Positions 53,217 through 61,405 of a stretch of 64,000 nt of DNA are shown here, piece after piece. The stretch is from an uncultured Methylophaga sp. (GTDB taxonomy: Bacteria > Pseudomonadota > Gammaproteobacteria > Nitrosococcales > Methylophagaceae): assembly GCA_964389455.1 (NCBI GenBank), contig CAYMEE010000001.1, forward strand, positions 83,891 to 147,890. The letters are read 5' to 3'. The position numbers and the translations under genes are program-made. The notes below the pieces were generated by a model, which did no database searches, was not told the origin of the DNA, and saw only the letters and a program-made list of their open reading frames with translations. Positions within the stretch are counted from its first letter, which is position 1, and every line of letters starts with the position of its first letter.

Positions 53217-54554
53217 TCAGTTGGAAGAGTCGATTTCAGATGTTGGCGCTGATTGTGAAGTCTTTTTCAGTTCGTTGAAAAACGCAGGGGAGAAATGGTC
53301 AGACAGCCTCTGTGCGGTTTCGACAAAACCCACGACGCCTTCCCTGACAATATTGTTGTATTCCCAGATGATTTGACCGTCAGGTGTGACCTCAATCACC
53401 CTGCCGTTACGCGAGTCAGAAATCAGAATATTGTCATTACTCAGCCATTCATGCTTACCCAGAAGGAAAGAGAAAAAGGGTTCTTCTTCAGTGCCTGTAT
53501 AGGCAACGGAGACTTCACCGCTGGGAGCATCCTGAAGCAGAATTCTGCTTTGCACACCTGATTCCGCCGGGGCTGAGTCATTATTGTCATAAATTGAAAT
53601 GGTATCGCCATCGACAAAGTCCGGATCATGCTGACGCACAAACGGCCCGATGGAGACGAACTTCTTCTGCCAGTTGTCTGTGTCAAAGACCAGCACAGTA
53701 TTGATATTACGCATTGACAGCATGATGTCGCCCGGCCCGAAAAAGCCGGGTTCCATATTCTCGGGGAACAGCTCAATATCATTCAAATGCAGCGTGTCGC
53801 CCTTGGATTCGGGGTGGAGGCCGAGCGAAGAGAGATAGAGCAGGCCCTGAAGCTGATTGTCCTGAAACAGGGTATGCAAGGAGATTTCCTGAAGAATTTT
53901 GCCATTATCCGGATCGACTTCCAGAATGGTGAACTCATCAAAATTGGGTTTATAGAAGGGGAGATCATCCAGAGGCTTGTCGTGGGTAATCATACCCGGC
54001 ACCCAGAGGTGGCCATCTTCTGACTGGTAAAGTGAATGATGAGTGCGATATGGCAGGCGCCAGATGACCTCATTGTTGGCGTCGACACGCACCATACCCA
54101 GTCCATCATAATTAAAGACTAAACTGCCATCCTTCATCAGCACCATGCCATGTATATGGCTGCCAGGTGGTTCCTTGGGGTTCAGGTGATCAGGCAGGTG
54201 GTTTGCATTAGGCCAGATATCAAACCAGTCGAGTGACCAGTGATGAATCACATTACCATCGGCGTCTATGACCTCCGCGATGAGTTTGTCATCCTTGCCG
54301 ACCCGGCTAATCAGAGTGAGTCCCGGTGCCATTTTGTCAGGATAATTGTTCACGATTTTACGGGTTTTGTCCGTTTCCCAGTACTGGAACGGCAGGCTAT
54401 CGTCGGTCAACTTCAGTGCTTCCTTGAGTCCGTTCTGCATAAAATAGACGAAATCTGCCGGAAACCAGTGATGACGATGACTGAAAAAGCCATAGACATA
54501 AATGGCGATGATGAGTGAAATGAGGAAAAGCCACTTGGCGATTTTTTCAGTCAT
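53217..54554 (-). CDS. membrane-anchored arylsulfotransferase (ASST)-like beta-propeller protein
   Basis: 445 aa with a single N-terminal TM helix (KWLFLISLIIAIYVYGFF). Repeated propeller-type motifs are HLNDIE, GDIMLSMRNINTVLVFD, RQHDPDF, ISIYDNN and GRVIEVTPDGQIIWEY, which I associate with the ASST family. This was not verified by search. Confidence 0.55.
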   Translation of the reverse strand: MTEKIAKWLFLISLIIAIYVYGFFSHRHHWFPADFVYFMQNGLKEALKLTDDSLPFQYWETDKTRKIVNNYPDKMAPGLTLISRVGKDDKLIAEVIDADGNVIHHWSLDWFDIWPNANHLPDHLNPKEPPGSHIHGMVLMKDGSLVFNYDGLGMVRVDANNEVIWRLPYRTHHSLYQSEDGHLWVPGMITHDKPLDDLPFYKPNFDEFTILEVDPDNGKILQEISLHTLFQDNQLQGLLYLSSLGLHPESKGDTLHLNDIELFPENMEPGFFGPGDIMLSMRNINTVLVFDTDNWQKKFVSIGPFVRQHDPDFVDGDTISIYDNNDSAPAESGVQSRILLQDAPSGEVSVAYTGTEEEPFFSFLLGKHEWLSNDNILISDSRNGRVIEVTPDGQIIWEYNNIVREGVVGFVETAQRLSDHFSPAFFNELKKTSQSAPTSEIDSSN

Positions 54555-54590
54555 ACCTTTTTCTCAATGTGAATAAGGACAGTAGATTAA

Positions 54591-54602
54591 CCAGCATGCT
54601 GG
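54591..54602. promoter_or_regulatory. perfect 12-bp palindrome upstream of the ASST-like gene
   Basis: CCAGCATGCTGG lies 37 nt upstream of the start codon at 54554. Confidence 0.3.
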
Positions 54603-54625
54603 CGGACCGCTGTTGATATTTTCTG

Positions 54626-54650
54626 TTAGCTACCTTAGCTCAGTTAAGCT
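54626..54650. repeat. three direct TTAGCT-like repeats at 9-nt spacing
   Basis: TTAGCTacc TTAGCTcag TTAAGCT, in the opgH / ASST-like intergenic spacer. Confidence 0.3.
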
Positions 54651-54733
54651 TGGACTTATGTGACTCAAAGCCCCTTTTTCGGAAAATTCGATAGTGAGCG
54701 GCCGGCCATATACGACGGATGCCATCCAAAACT

Positions 54734-56848
54734 TTAGTGCTGTGTTACCAAGCCGTTATCGCGTAATTTCTGGATATGCGTATGTTGTGATAGCAAGGCC
54801 ATCATCTCAGCAGGGTCCAGCCAGGATTGGAGCTCCTGCAAAGTGGCTGCCTGCTCCAGCTTCCATTTTGCTGTGACAGTGGGCGCATGAAATTCCCCCG
54901 GCTTGTGTGAATCGAGTAAAGGCAGTTGTGCCAGATGCCATGAGAACAGGGCATGGTTATTCTCAAGACATTCCAGAGGCGAATCCACGGGCGGCACTGG
55001 CTGTAAATGTTTTGTGTTGTCGCGAAAGGTCTTCACAATGTTGCTTGGCTGCTTTTCTTCCGGCGCCCTGAATAGACCCAGCCAGGTGAAAAGCTGTCCT
55101 CGCTTTTTGCCACCGCTGAGCCATGACAATGGAATAGACAGCATCAGGCAGCCAGCGATGGGAATTAACCATAAAAACAGCTTGAAACTGATCATATAGG
55201 CAAGTCCGCCAAGGGCGACACCAAATACCGTGTGGCCCCGATGAGCCAGGTAAGCCTGCTGTAATGAGAGTGCACCATCATCGCGGGATTGTGGACTCCA
55301 GCCGCTGTCTTTACCTCGGAAGATTTTATACACCACAGTGCATTGAGCCAGCATCAGAATGGGCGCGTATAGTGCAGAAAAAACGATTTCAAACAAGGTA
55401 CTGGCTGTCAGCAGAAGCGGTCCACCGAAATGCCTGCATTTTCTGAAGTTGACCAGCGCACTGAACCAGCCGAACAGCTTGGGTGCCAGTAGCACAAACA
55501 TGGAGATGACGAACAGTCTCAGCGCCCGCTCCGCATCAAAGACCGGCCAGGTCGGGAACAGTGAGGGGTCAGAAAAATATTCCGGCCTGACAAACTGGGC
55601 CTGTACGGCGATGGCAAGGCCGGTGATTATCAGTGCCAGCCAGAATACGGCACTAAGATAAGACATAATACCGGAGAGAATATGCAGCCGGGTGGGCACC
55701 ACCAGATCATGGGCCAACAGCAGGCGGCTATGTTGCAGGTTGCCCTGACACCAACGGCGGTCACGGGTCAACACCGTATCAAGTGAGGGGGGCGCCTCCT
55801 CATAAGAGCATTGGATATCGGTATCAAATCTGACGCCCCAGCCTTTGCGTCTCAGCATGGCGGCTTCAATAAAGTCATGACTGAGGATATGACCACCGAA
55901 AGGCGGTGTACCAGGCAATAGAGGCAGGCCACAGGACTCGGCAAAGGCGCGGGTTCGGATAATGGCATTGTGACCCCAGAAATTGGATGACAACCCATGC
56001 CATGCTGACAGGCCAGCTGCGTATATAGGCCCGTAACAGTGATTGGCAAATTGTTGTAAACGCCCATACAAGCTGCTGGCATTGATGATCGTGGGCAGGG
56101 TTTGAATCAGGCCCATCTCGGGTGCAGCAGCCAGACGTCGCGACAAGGAGATCATGCTGTCAGCACTCATAATACTGTCGGCATCGAGCACAATCATGGC
56201 TTCGTAATCACCGCCCCAATTAGTCACCCAGTCAGCGATATTGCCGGCCTTGCGTTCTTTGTTATTGGCCCGGCGCCGGTAATAAACCGGACAGGCATGT
56301 TGGTCGTTATCGAATAGCGGCATCAGGGCCTGTTCTTCAGCTAGCCAGGCCTCAGCCTGATTGGTATCACTGAGAATAAAAAAGGCATATTTACCGGGCG
56401 CTTTAATCAGCAATTCCTGCCGCATGGTTCTGACTGCTGCGGCGATACGAGCGGGCTCTTCCTTGTAAATCGGTACCAGAATCGCTGTTCTGAAAGGGGC
56501 ATCAGCAGCCTCAGGTACACGCAGAAGCCTGGGCTTAAGCGTTAAAAGAAATCCCAGAAAGGCCTGCGAAAAAGCAAAAGAAATCCAGATAAAGTTGATA
56601 CTGAACAGGCTCAGGAACAGCCATTGCAACAGCGTGACGGTAGTGGTACTCAACACGCTGTACATCTCGCTGATGCCATAAGCTGACAATGCCAGTGTAG
56701 AGACCAGGATAAAAAAACGGGCCAGCAATGTGCTCAGGGGGAAAAGGAACTGCCGCTGATGCCGTTTTAATGTAAACCCTTTTTCATTGACCCGGTGGCG
56801 AGGCATATCCAGCGGGGCAAGCTCAGGGAGTGCGCGCTCTGCTTTCAT
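54734..56848 (-). CDS. opgH: glucans biosynthesis glucosyltransferase H
   Basis: 704 aa. It is a polytopic GT2 enzyme with DADS, ILSHDFIEAA and QRxRW (RDRRWCQGNLQH) motifs. It overlaps opgG by 4 nt. Confidence 0.92.
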   Translation of the reverse strand: MKAERALPELAPLDMPRHRVNEKGFTLKRHQRQFLFPLSTLLARFFILVSTLALSAYGISEMYSVLSTTTVTLLQWLFLSLFSINFIWISFAFSQAFLGFLLTLKPRLLRVPEAADAPFRTAILVPIYKEEPARIAAAVRTMRQELLIKAPGKYAFFILSDTNQAEAWLAEEQALMPLFDNDQHACPVYYRRRANNKERKAGNIADWVTNWGGDYEAMIVLDADSIMSADSMISLSRRLAAAPEMGLIQTLPTIINASSLYGRLQQFANHCYGPIYAAGLSAWHGLSSNFWGHNAIIRTRAFAESCGLPLLPGTPPFGGHILSHDFIEAAMLRRKGWGVRFDTDIQCSYEEAPPSLDTVLTRDRRWCQGNLQHSRLLLAHDLVVPTRLHILSGIMSYLSAVFWLALIITGLAIAVQAQFVRPEYFSDPSLFPTWPVFDAERALRLFVISMFVLLAPKLFGWFSALVNFRKCRHFGGPLLLTASTLFEIVFSALYAPILMLAQCTVVYKIFRGKDSGWSPQSRDDGALSLQQAYLAHRGHTVFGVALGGLAYMISFKLFLWLIPIAGCLMLSIPLSWLSGGKKRGQLFTWLGLFRAPEEKQPSNIVKTFRDNTKHLQPVPPVDSPLECLENNHALFSWHLAQLPLLDSHKPGEFHAPTVTAKWKLEQAATLQELQSWLDPAEMMALLSQHTHIQKLRDNGLVTQH

Positions 56849-58428
56849 AATCGATCCGAAAATAAAGTGGGTTTAATCCAGCGATAAAGCCAGGTTTCGG
56901 TGAAGGCCTGTTGCTGCTTTTTCAATTGCACCCGGAACTCGATAACGTTGGCATCCTGATTATCAAAACTCAGAAAAACACGGGCGCCACCGGTTTCAGA
57001 ATTATGCTGGATGCGGGAATCCAGCAGTTGGCCCTGATCCAGTGAGACGTCGATACTAATGTCTTTGATATCTTTCGCCTTGATATTGCTGTAATCGATA
57101 ACGATTTCACGCTGATTGTCATTCAGGCGCAGGCCACTGGCACTTCTGATGACTTTTGTTTTGTCACTCAATGGTTTGAGGTTGTCAGGCCAGGTTAAAC
57201 GATAGGCGTAACGGTATTTCTGACCTTTTTTGAGGATCGCAGCCGGCCGCCAGTAAACAACGATATTGTCGTTGGTTTCGTTTTCAGAGGGAATCTCGAC
57301 TAATTGCAGCTGACCTTTCCCCCAGTCACCGAGGGGTTTGACCCAGACAGAGGGGCGCTTGTGATACATCGCTTCCAAATCCTGGTAGTGATGGAACTGT
57401 CGATTGCGCTGAATCAGTCCAAAGCCCTTCGGGTTTTCATCAATAAAGGCGCTTATCTGCAAGGAGTCAGGATTCGTCAATGGCCGCCAGAGCCGCTCAT
57501 TATTTCCCCGGACCACAGCCAGGCCCTCCGAGTCATGCACGGCCGGTCGGTAGTCGGGCTTATCAGCAGCCTGCATTTCACCATGCATAAACATTGAGGT
57601 CAGTGGCGCAATACCGACATGCTCAAGGTCCCGGCGAGGGAAAAGAATCACGTTCACATCCATTCTGGTGGGATTATCAGGATAAATACCAAAACGGTAG
57701 GCACCCGTGACGCCGGGGCTGTCGAGCAGGGCGTGCACTACGATGGCTTTCTGATCTTTGCCCGGCCGCTCAACCCAGAATCGTCTGAAGATGGGATGTT
57801 CTTCACCTTGTGGTTCAGCGACATCAATCGCGAGGCCACGGGCAGAAATCCCGTATAGTTGATCTTTGGACACTGCGCGGAAATAACTGGCACCCTGAAA
57901 AACCAGAAACTCGTCTTTGTAATCGGCACTGTTAAGCGGGAAATGCAGACGTATACCGGCATATTTTCCGACATCAGCCAAGATTTTAGCCATGGTCTCC
58001 CGGGGCACGCTGAACGAATCTTCAGTCAGACCCACCGAATAAGCCATACCGTCTTCAACAATATCTATATCAATCAGGTGTTCGTACAGATAGCCCGGCG
58101 CAAACAACTGAATCGAAAACAGCGCAGGACTGTTACCCCATATGGCAGCCCGTTGCTGGAAGTTGATTTTACGATAGGCAGAATAGCTGAGATTGGTCAG
58201 CGACTCTGGCGCTGTTTGGGGTGCCTCAAAGGCTTCTTCCGAAAGGGCTTTAGCAAGCTCAATCACAGTCTGATGGGTGAACGGCGTGCCTGTTTGAGAA
58301 TCAGTTAAGCTTGGCTTGGCATGACCCAAGGGCAGGTTGAATAGCTGCGTCAGGAGGATCATGAATATACCGGCGGTGAGGAATCTGAAGGGTGGTTGCT
58401 TGGTGTTGTGCTTGAACACGCGGTTCAA
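56845..58428 (-). CDS. opgG: glucans biosynthesis protein G (periplasmic)
   Basis: 527 aa with a Sec-type signal peptide and no twin-arginine motif. MdoG-family motifs are present (YAGIRLHFPLN, EFLVFQGASYFRAV, RGLAIDV, FRRFWVERP). Confidence 0.9.
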   Translation of the reverse strand: MNRVFKHNTKQPPFRFLTAGIFMILLTQLFNLPLGHAKPSLTDSQTGTPFTHQTVIELAKALSEEAFEAPQTAPESLTNLSYSAYRKINFQQRAAIWGNSPALFSIQLFAPGYLYEHLIDIDIVEDGMAYSVGLTEDSFSVPRETMAKILADVGKYAGIRLHFPLNSADYKDEFLVFQGASYFRAVSKDQLYGISARGLAIDVAEPQGEEHPIFRRFWVERPGKDQKAIVVHALLDSPGVTGAYRFGIYPDNPTRMDVNVILFPRRDLEHVGIAPLTSMFMHGEMQAADKPDYRPAVHDSEGLAVVRGNNERLWRPLTNPDSLQISAFIDENPKGFGLIQRNRQFHHYQDLEAMYHKRPSVWVKPLGDWGKGQLQLVEIPSENETNDNIVVYWRPAAILKKGQKYRYAYRLTWPDNLKPLSDKTKVIRSASGLRLNDNQREIVIDYSNIKAKDIKDISIDVSLDQGQLLDSRIQHNSETGGARVFLSFDNQDANVIEFRVQLKKQQQAFTETWLYRWIKPTLFSDRL

Positions 58429-58654
58429 TCCTCCCTGGTTGGAATGAGAGTCATTTCTCCATCTTGGAGCCTCATGACTGTAGAGAGTGAGACTAATATT
58501 TCATATGAACAACGCATCATCAATCGAGATGCGCAGCAATATCGGAATAATGTGAAACAGCCTGCATTAAAACTCGGCTAATAGAGGCTTTCAGTGCTCG
58601 AGCAGCTTTACTCAGCACGGATTAGACTCTTAGTATGCCGATAAATTCAGAATA

Positions 58655-58713
58655 TTTGAAACCCCTTTTGATAGGGGGAAGAAGGGCGAGCTCAGATCAA
58701 GCTGATCTGAGCT
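58655..58713 (-). terminator. tandem hairpins after the UPF0210 gene
   Basis: On the minus strand, AGCTCAGATC-agctt-GATCTGAGCT forms a 10-bp stem 10 nt after the stop. CCCCT-atcaaa-AGGGG follows, and then TTTCAAATATT. Confidence 0.5.
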
Positions 58714-58723
58714 GCGTTAATGC

Positions 58724-60097
58724 TTAGTTGACGAGGCTCTGGATGGGGGCAGGGATACGACCACCCAGCCGCACAAAACGATTTTCCTGACTACCCATGT
58801 TGACTGTCATCACCGGCCCTTCTCCCAGCAGGCCACCGAAGAAGACATGATCACCAGCTTGTTTTCCCGGTGCGGGAATTAATCGTGCTGCCGTGGTTTT
58901 CTTGTTGATGACACCAATGGCCATCTCATCGGCAATAATCGCTGACAGCATTTCTGCCGAGGTATCACCAGGCAAGGCGATCATATCGAGACCCACCGAG
59001 CAGACTGCGGTCATCGCTTCCAGTTTTTCCAGCGCCAGCGTGCCCTCTGCGGCTGAGCGGGCGATAGTCAGATCTTCACAGACCGGGATAAAGGCACCGC
59101 TTAAGCCCCCTACATGGGAGCTGGCAAAGGCGCCGCCTTTTTTAACCGCATCATTGAGCATGGCCAGAAATGCGGTACTGCCGGGCGCGCCGATCGCAGG
59201 CAGACCGATGGCCTCAAAGATTTCACCGACACTGTCATTTTCATTTGGTGTCGGTGCCAATGACAGATCGACAATGCCAAATGGCAGGCCCAGAATCTGG
59301 GCGACCTCACGGCCCACCAGTTCACCGGCACGGGTGAGACGGGCTGCAGTTTGTTTAATCACATCGGCAGCGCGACTGAGATCCAAATTATCTTCTTCGG
59401 CCATGGCCCTTTCCAGCGCCGCTTTCACCACGCCGGGACCACTGACACCAACACTGACTACAGCATCGGCTTCACCAATACCCAGATATGCACCAGCCAT
59501 AAATGGTACGTCCTGCGGAATATTGGCAAATACCACCAGTTTGGCGGCAGCCAGACCATCGTCCTCGGCAGTCATTTCCGCGGCCTGTTTAATCACCAGC
59601 CCCATTCGCTTGATGGCATCCATATTGAGACCAGCCCGGGTACTGGCGACATTAACCGAAGAGCAGACCCGCTGGCTTTCTGTTAAAGCTTGTGGAATCG
59701 CATCAATCAGTGCCTGATCACCGCGGCTAAAGCCTTTTTCGACCAGGGCGCTGAAACCACCCACAAAATCGACGCCTAACTCAATCGCTGCCTTGTCCAG
59801 CGTCAGTGCAATTTCGACCATTTGATCAGCATTAAACGGGGCGCCAACCACGCCTATCGGGCTGACCGAAATACGCTTATTGGCCACTTCGATACCATAA
59901 CGGCGTTCAATGCGGTTGCAGGTCGCGACCAGTTGCCCCGCGGTACGGGTAATTTTGTCGTAAATCTTGCGTTTGAAGGTCTCGATATCGTCGCTGACAC
60001 AGTCCGTCAAATTAATGCCGACGGTAACGGTACGCAGGTCCAGGTTTTCCTCACGGACCATTTGCAGGGTGGAAATAATCTCTTTTGGCGTAAGCAT
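58724..60097 (-). CDS. UPF0210 (DUF711, PFL-like) family protein
   Basis: 457 aa. The N-terminus is TLQMVREENLDLRTVTVGINL, with Gly-rich conserved blocks (GGLSGAFIPVCED, SVGLDMIALPGDT). It is paired with an upstream ACT protein, as this family usually is. Confidence 0.75.
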   Translation of the reverse strand: MLTPKEIISTLQMVREENLDLRTVTVGINLTDCVSDDIETFKRKIYDKITRTAGQLVATCNRIERRYGIEVANKRISVSPIGVVGAPFNADQMVEIALTLDKAAIELGVDFVGGFSALVEKGFSRGDQALIDAIPQALTESQRVCSSVNVASTRAGLNMDAIKRMGLVIKQAAEMTAEDDGLAAAKLVVFANIPQDVPFMAGAYLGIGEADAVVSVGVSGPGVVKAALERAMAEEDNLDLSRAADVIKQTAARLTRAGELVGREVAQILGLPFGIVDLSLAPTPNENDSVGEIFEAIGLPAIGAPGSTAFLAMLNDAVKKGGAFASSHVGGLSGAFIPVCEDLTIARSAAEGTLALEKLEAMTAVCSVGLDMIALPGDTSAEMLSAIIADEMAIGVINKKTTAARLIPAPGKQAGDHVFFGGLLGEGPVMTVNMGSQENRFVRLGGRIPAPIQSLVN

Positions 60098-60121
60098 ACT
60101 GAGTCCTGATTTAACGACGGG

Positions 60122-60688
60122 TTAATTGAGAATATTGCTGACAGATTCGAATATCCTGCGGTGCTGGACATTGATTTCAAGGTCCAGTCTGGCCGCAATC
60201 GCATCCAATGCATCGCGCAGGTCATTCATTACCGTGGCTCGGGGCACATCAACTTCAAACACCATCAGGTTATCCATCGGGTTTTTACCGCCTTTGAAAA
60301 TAGCCTGAATATTGCTGATGTTGACACCATGCTTGAATAATTCGCCGGCGATTTCAGCCACCAGTCCCTGACGGTCAGGACCAATCGCGGTGACGATATA
60401 AGGCTGGGTTTCAGGTTTGTTCTGATGCCAGTCTGAAGGGGCATCCTGCCAGGGGTGGACCCGGATATACAGGTTCATTCCCTGAGTCTGATCCTGCAAG
60501 GACTGCTGGAGCTTATCGGCACTGTCATCTTCCGCGAGGTTGGCCATCAGCAACGCACCGAACACGTTATCCAAGAGTGTCTGGCTCAGGTTCTCAATAT
60601 TACCGTTGTGCTGATTGATGATGCTGGCCACCTTAGCCATTATCCCGGGCTGGTCACTACCCAGAACAGAAATTAAAACTTTATTCAT
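60122..60688 (-). CDS. tandem ACT-domain protein (UPF0237-like, duplicated)
   Basis: 188 aa. ACT-like units begin at VLISVLGSDQPGIMAKVASII and YIVTAIGPDRQGLVAEIAGEL. It ends 24 nt upstream of the UPF0210 gene. Confidence 0.7.
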   Translation of the reverse strand: MNKVLISVLGSDQPGIMAKVASIINQHNGNIENLSQTLLDNVFGALLMANLAEDDSADKLQQSLQDQTQGMNLYIRVHPWQDAPSDWHQNKPETQPYIVTAIGPDRQGLVAEIAGELFKHGVNISNIQAIFKGGKNPMDNLMVFEVDVPRATVMNDLRDALDAIAARLDLEINVQHRRIFESVSNILN

Positions 60689-60765
60689 TTGTGATAATCC
60701 AGAACTCAGAGTGCAATTAATCCGACCGATCTAGCGGATAAAGACAGGCTGGCCGCGATGCAAGT

Positions 60766-60924
60766 TCAGCGCTTGGCAATAATCCAGACCGCATGAACGA
60801 TTCCCGGAATGTAACCGAGCAGGGTCAGAAGAATATTGAGCCAGAAGGCCCCGCCCAGTCCGACTTGCAGAAATACACCGAGTGGTGGCAATAGGATCGC
60901 AACAAGAACGCGGATAAAATCCAT
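60766..60924 (-). CDS. YqaE/Pmp3 family proteolipid
   Basis: The start is trimmed to MDFIRVLVAILLPPLGVFL after GGGAGA (52 aa). It has two TM helices, typical of UPF0057. Confidence 0.8.
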   Translation of the reverse strand: MDFIRVLVAILLPPLGVFLQVGLGGAFWLNILLTLLGYIPGIVHAVWIIAKR

Positions 60925-60946
60925 GAAAATCTCCCTGTTAAAAATA

Positions 60947-61405
60947 TCAGTATCCCTGGATACGTGACCACAACAGACCAATCAGCCAGCCCATTAACAT
61001 CACGACCAGGGCGAGAATTATTAAGATAGCCAGAATAAACAGCATATTCTCCAGCAGTGAGCGACGCACGGTTTGCTGCGGTGCCTGCTCATAATGAGCG
61101 AGTAACGCACTGTTCTTCTGATTGGCTTTCCAGACAAAATCAAACAGGTCCCCGACCAGAGGCAGGCTGCCCAGCCCGGTATCAACCAGCACATTAATTA
61201 CCATTCTCAGCAGTACGCTGCGCGGCACGCCCAATTGATTGGCTTTGATCACAATCAGAGAAGACAAGAGACCACTGAAAAAATCGCCTACACCCGGGAT
61301 CAGTCCGATAAAGCCGTCGAGGCCGATTCGGTAGCCGCCCGGTAGCGGAATACTGTTATCGAGAAGCCAACTCAGTTTTTCATGAAAGCGTCTTTTTGCT
61401 GTCAT
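60947..61405 (-). CDS. DUF4112 membrane protein
   Basis: 152 aa. Motifs are IGLDGFIGLIPGVGDFFS and PLVGDLFDFVWKAN. It overlaps the rluD stop by 4 nt. Confidence 0.7.
   Translation of the reverse strand: MTAKRRFHEKLSWLLDNSIPLPGGYRIGLDGFIGLIPGVGDFFSGLLSSLIVIKANQLGVPRSVLLRMVINVLVDTGLGSLPLVGDLFDFVWKANQKNSALLAHYEQAPQQTVRRSLLENMLFILAILIILALVVMLMGWLIGLLWSRIQGY

Noticed and set aside
58396-58581. 61-aa plus-strand ORF in the opgG upstream region
   Set aside because: It overlaps the opgG start, has no RBS and matches no recognisable family. The region is better explained as the opgG promoter and leader.
58893-59717. 274-aa plus-strand ORF inside the UPF0210 gene
   Set aside because: It is an Ala/Ser/Pro-rich antisense translation. 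The opposite frame has the conserved family blocks and a proper RBS and terminator.
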